Source: an uncultured bacterium (lineage in GTDB: Bacteria; Pseudomonadota; Gammaproteobacteria; Burkholderiales; SG8-39). From it: a stretch of 64,000 nt of DNA. The notes beneath the pieces were generated by a model. That model was not told where the DNA came from. It ran no database searches and worked only from the letters and a program-made list of their open reading frames with translations. Made by a program: the position numbers and the translations under genes. The DNA is taken from the NCBI GenBank assembly GCA_965233165.1, contig CBDDRX010000102.1, positions 8,776 to 72,775 on the forward strand, read 5' to 3'. Positions 60,314-64,000 of the stretch are shown in pieces. How positions within the stretch are numbered: position 1 is the first letter of the stretch; each line of letters begins with the position of its first letter.

Positions 60314-62827
60314 GTGGGTAGATCGATCGCCATCGCAGTTGTCGCGGCCGTGCTGTCCCTGACGGGGCCGTGGGCCGCGCATGCTGCAGGGCTGGGCAAG
60401 CTGACCGTCCTCTCACCGCTGGGCCAGCCCCTGAACGCCGAAATCGAAATCGTCTCGCTGCGGCCCGGCGAGGAGGAGAACCTTTCCGCCAAGCTGGCTT
60501 CCGCCGACGCCTTCAAGCAAGCCGGCATCGAATACAACGCCGTGCTGGCCTCCACACGCTTTTCCATCGAGCGGCGCAACGGCCGTCCCGTCGTCAGGGT
60601 GACCAGCAGCGCGCCGGTCAACGAGCCTTTCCTCGACTTGCTGGTCGAGCTGCAATGGAACACCGGGCGGCTGGTGCGCGAATACACCTTCCTGCTCGAC
60701 CCGGTCGAGTACAAGGCTCCGGCCGCGCTGGCCGCGGCGCCCGCGCCAATGCAGCCGCAGGTTGCGGCGCCCGCCGCCGAGCCCGCCAAGCCGGCGCCGA
60801 TCGAGGCGAAGCCGCTTCCGGCCGACGCCGCGCCTGCACCGCTGGCGCGCGAGCCCGCCGGCGCCGCGAGGACCTATGAGGTCAAGAAGGGCGACACGCT
60901 CGGCAAGATCGCCCGCGAGAATCTGGCGCAGGGCGTCACGCTCGACCAGATGCTGATCGCGATCTTCCGCGCGAACCAGGAAGCATTCATCCGCGACAAC
61001 ATCAACCTGGTCCGCGCCGGCCGGATCCTGAACATCCCGGCCGATGCCGCGACGACCGTCGACGGCGACGAAGCGCGCCGCATCGTCAGCTCCCACCACT
61101 CCGAGTTCAACGCGTACCGCAACCGCCTCGCCGCAGCGCCCGCCGCGGCCGACGGCTCGGCCGGCCGGCGCGAGGTGGCGGGGCGGATCGAGGCGAAGCC
61201 CGAGGCGCCCGCACCGCAGGACAAGCAGGACCAGCTCCGCCTCTCGAAGGCCGACCCGGCAAAGCCGGGCGCGGCGGGAACCCGCGCGGCGCGCGAGGAT
61301 GATCGCGTGGCTCGCGAGCGTGCCCTCAAGGAAGCGCAATCGCGCCAGACCGAGCTCGAGAAGAACGTCACCGATCTGCAGAAGCTGCTCGAGCTGAAGA
61401 ACCAGCAGCTCGCCGAGCTGGAGAAGAAAGCGGCCGCGAAGCCCGCGCCGGCTCCTGCCCCGGTTCCGGCGCCCAAGGCGGCCGAGCCGGCCCCCAAGGC
61501 CGCGGAAGCGCCGAAGCCGGCACCTGCCCCGGCGCCAGCGCCGGCGCCGAAGGCGGCGGAAGCACCGAAGCCGGCCGCCGAAGCGCCGAAGCCGGCCGCC
61601 GAAGCCAAGCCCGCGCCGAAGGAAGCGCCCAAGCCGGCGGCGAAGCAAGCGAAGAAGGCGGCGCCGCCGCCGGCGCCCGAGCCCAGCCTCCTCGACGAGT
61701 TCCTCGACAACCCGGCTGCGCTGGGCGGGCTGGGCTTCGCCGTCCTCGTCCTGATCGGTTACGGCGCCTGGGCGTGGCGCCGCAAGAAGCGCTCGCAGTC
61801 GAAGTTCCAGGACAGCGTGCTCGACGCCGCCTCCGGCGCCGGCGCAGCGTCGGTGTTCGGCGCTCCCGCAGCCGCGGGCGGCCCGGCCGTTTCGCAAGCC
61901 TCCGTGAGCCAGGCCCCGGCCGGCATGGAGGCCGAAGAAGTCGACCCGATCGCCGAAGCGGACGTGTACATGGCCTACGGGCGCGATGCCCAGGCCGAGG
62001 AAATCCTCAAGGAAGCGGTCACGAAGGATGCGAGCCGCATTCCGGTGCACGCCAAGCTGCTGGAAATCTATGCGAACCGCAAGGACGCGAAGTCCTTCGA
62101 ACAGACCGCGCTCAAGCTGAAGAGCCTGACCAATAGCGCGGGACCGGAATGGGACAAGGCAGCTGCGCTCGGCCGGGGCATCGCCCCGCAGAACGGCCTG
62201 TACGGCGGGGCAGCAGCCGCTGCAGTGGCGGCCGCACCGGCCGCGGGCGCGCCGGCGCCGGTCCTCGACTTCGACCTCGGCGGGGCCGCCTCGCAGGCTC
62301 CGCAGCCCGACATCGCGCTCGACGCGGCGCCCGGGGACGATTCCTCGTCGTCGATCGATTTCGATCTCGGCGCCGCTGCGGCGGCCCCGGCGGATGAGCA
62401 GAAGAGCGACTTCACCCCCGAGGGCACGCTGATCATGGGGAAGGAAGACGCGGCCGACAAGACGGCCGGCGGGCTCGACTTCGACCTCGGACTGGACGGG
62501 GATACCAAGCCGGTTTCCGCTTCGCCCTCGGCTCCGGCGGAAGCGAGCGGCGGCATGGATTTCGACCTGAACCTCGACATGGGCGATTCCAAGCCCGCCC
62601 CTTCGATGGACCTGTCGGCGATCAGCCTCGATCTCGGCGATGCGTCCGCCTCGTCGGCCGGCGGAGATCCGAAGTGGCAGGAGGTGGCCACCAAGCTCGA
62701 CCTCGCGAAGGCGTACGAAGAGATGGGCGACAAGGACGGCGCGCGCGAGCTCCTGAACGAAGTCATGAAGGACGGCGACGCCGCGCAGCAGGGCCAGGCG
62801 CAGCAGTTGCTCGCGAAGCTGGGCTAG
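60314..62827 (+). CDS. fimV: FimV/HubP polar landmark protein
   Basis: [17 protein letters not shown], LysM, Pro/Ala-rich linker, [21 protein letters not shown]; start approximate. Confidence 0.93.
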   Translation: MGRSIAIAVVAAVLSLTGPWAAHAAGLGKLTVLSPLGQPLNAEIEIVSLRPGEEENLSAKLASADAFKQAGIEYNAVLASTRFSIERRNGRPVVRVTSSAPVNEPFLDLLVELQWNTGRLVREYTFLLDPVEYKAPAALAAAPAPMQPQVAAPAAEPAKPAPIEAKPLPADAAPAPLAREPAGAARTYEVKKGDTLGKIARENLAQGVTLDQMLIAIFRANQEAFIRDNINLVRAGRILNIPADAATTVDGDEARRIVSSHHSEFNAYRNRLAAAPAAADGSAGRREVAGRIEAKPEAPAPQDKQDQLRLSKADPAKPGAAGTRAAREDDRVARERALKEAQSRQTELEKNVTDLQKLLELKNQQLAELEKKAAAKPAPAPAPVPAPKAAEPAPKAAEAPKPAPAPAPAPAPKAAEAPKPAAEAPKPAAEAKPAPKEAPKPAAKQAKKAAPPPAPEPSLLDEFLDNPAALGGLGFAVLVLIGYGAWAWRRKKRSQSKFQDSVLDAASGAGAASVFGAPAAAGGPAVSQASVSQAPAGMEAEEVDPIAEADVYMAYGRDAQAEEILKEAVTKDASRIPVHAKLLEIYANRKDAKSFEQTALKLKSLTNSAGPEWDKAAALGRGIAPQNGLYGGAAAAAVAAAPAAGAPAPVLDFDLGGAASQAPQPDIALDAAPGDDSSSSIDFDLGAAAAAPADEQKSDFTPEGTLIMGKEDAADKTAGGLDFDLGLDGDTKPVSASPSAPAEASGGMDFDLNLDMGDSKPAPSMDLSAISLDLGDASASSAGGDPKWQEVATKLDLAKAYEEMGDKDGARELLNEVMKDGDAAQQGQAQQLLAKLG

Positions 62828-62845
62828 ACGCCCGCCACCCCGCCG

Positions 62846-62871
62846 AAAGCCGCGGGCGACCGCGGCTTTTT
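62846..62871 (+). terminator. Intrinsic terminator-like hairpin after fimV
   Basis: AAAGCCGCGG-gcga-CCGCGGCTTTTT. Confidence 0.7.
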
Positions 62872-62876
62872 CATTG

Positions 62877-63665
62877 ATGAGAATTGCACTGGGCATCGAG
62901 TACGACGGCAGCCGCTTCCTGGGCTGGCAGACGCAGCCCGGCGGCGGCGCGGTGCAGGACGCCCTCGAGCCGGCGCTGTCCGGCATCGCGAGCGAAAGCG
63001 TAAGCGTGACCTGCGCCGGGCGCACGGATCGCGGCGTGCACGCGAGGGAGCAGGTCGTGCACTTCGACACGCAAGCGTCGCGGCCGGAATCGGCATGGGT
63101 GCGCGGGGCCAACGCGTTGCTCCCGGGGTCCGTGGCCGTGATGTGGGCGCGCGAGGTTTCGCCGGAGTTCCACGCCCGCTACGCGGCGCGGGCGCGCACC
63201 TACCGGTATGTGCTTCTCAACCGGCCTGTGCGTCCCGCGCTCGCCGCGCGGTACGCGGGCTGGTTCCATGCTCCGCTCGACGTGGCCGCGATGCGCGACG
63301 CCGCGGCACGCCTCGTGGGTGAGCACGACTTCTCGGCATTTCGCTCGGCCGAGTGCCAGGCGAAATCGCCGCTGCGCACGCTGCGGGCGCTCGAGGTCGA
63401 GCAGCGCGGCGAGCGCATCGACTTCGTCGTGCGAGCCAACGCCTTCCTGCACCACATGGTGCGCAACCTGGTGGGGACGCTGATCTACGTCGGCAAGGGA
63501 AAGCATCCCGCGCGGTGGGTGAGCGAGGTGCTCGAGAGCCGCGACCGCTCGCGCGCGGCGCCCACGTTCGCCGCCGAGGGGCTGTATCTCGAGAAGGTGG
63601 ACTACGAGGCGCGCTGGAACCTGCCTGCGGGCGCCGCGCGGGCGCTGGAGATCCCTGTCGCATGA
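62877..63665 (+). CDS. truA: tRNA pseudouridine(38-40) synthase
   Basis: [34 protein letters not shown]. Confidence 0.97.
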   Translation: MRIALGIEYDGSRFLGWQTQPGGGAVQDALEPALSGIASESVSVTCAGRTDRGVHAREQVVHFDTQASRPESAWVRGANALLPGSVAVMWAREVSPEFHARYAARARTYRYVLLNRPVRPALAARYAGWFHAPLDVAAMRDAAARLVGEHDFSAFRSAECQAKSPLRTLRALEVEQRGERIDFVVRANAFLHHMVRNLVGTLIYVGKGKHPARWVSEVLESRDRSRAAPTFAAEGLYLEKVDYEARWNLPAGAARALEIPVA

Positions 63666-64000
63666 GGACGCGCGTCAAGATCTGCGGGATCACGCGCCCG
63701 GCCGATGCGCGGGCGGCGGCCGAGGCCGGCGCAGACGCGATCGGCCTGGTGTTCTACCCGCCCAGCCCGCGCTACCTGAGCCTCGAGCGGGCGGTGGAGA
63801 TCCGCGACGCGCTGCCGCCGTTCGTGCAGACCGTCGCGCTGTTCGTCAATCCGGATGCCGCCCAGGTCGCGCAGGTGATCGGCCGCGTGAAGCCCTCGCT
63901 CCTGCAGTTCCATGGCGAGGAAGCGCCGGCGTTCTGCGACGAATTCGGCCTTCCGTACGTCAAGGCCTGCAGGGTGAAGCCAGGGGTCGATACGCTAAAA
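63662..64000 (+). CDS. trpF: Phosphoribosylanthranilate isomerase (partial, runs off the window)
   Basis: [31 protein letters not shown]. Confidence 0.95.
   Translation, partial: MRTRVKICGITRPADARAAAEAGADAIGLVFYPPSPRYLSLERAVEIRDALPPFVQTVALFVNPDAAQVAQVIGRVKPSLLQFHGEEAPAFCDEFGLPYVKACRVKPGVDTLK

Noticed and set aside
61430..61680. Tandem repeats in fimV (and at 42290-42360 in rodZ)
   Set aside because: They encode ordinary Pro/Ala/Lys linkers expected in these proteins

Overview
A high-GC bacterial chromosome segment, most likely from a Betaproteobacterium judging by gene order and protein style. The right ~28 kb is mostly core genome: alkA-like glycosylase-accA-tilS, ndk-rlmN-pilW-rodZ-ispG-hisS-yfgM-bamB-der, and leuCDB-asd-fimV-truA-trpF. 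The middle carries a branched-chain-type ABC transporter, a protease/MoxR/DUF58/vWA cluster, a Bug/SnoaL/epimerase/IlvD catabolic group, ppa, a TRAP transporter, an HU paralogue and an HNH gene. The first ~10 kb is accessory. It opens with the apparent right end of a tRNA-Ser-targeting integrative element carrying a Cys-tailed flavin oxidoreductase. Next comes a polarised stack of segments joined through truncated genes, including two ~95% identical EAL 3' ends and a duplicated pirin 3' end that bracket different cargo genes. Other notable signals are four palindromic repeats phased at exactly 23 bp over the promoter of an AAA/DUF4143-type ATPase, a non-canonical-type HisRS in the otherwise canonical operon, a histidine-kinase-like protein lacking its His and ATPase domain, and a probable CTG-initiated gene. 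All family assignments come from motif recognition by eye, not database searches. No CRISPR array, rRNA or complete tRNA was seen.
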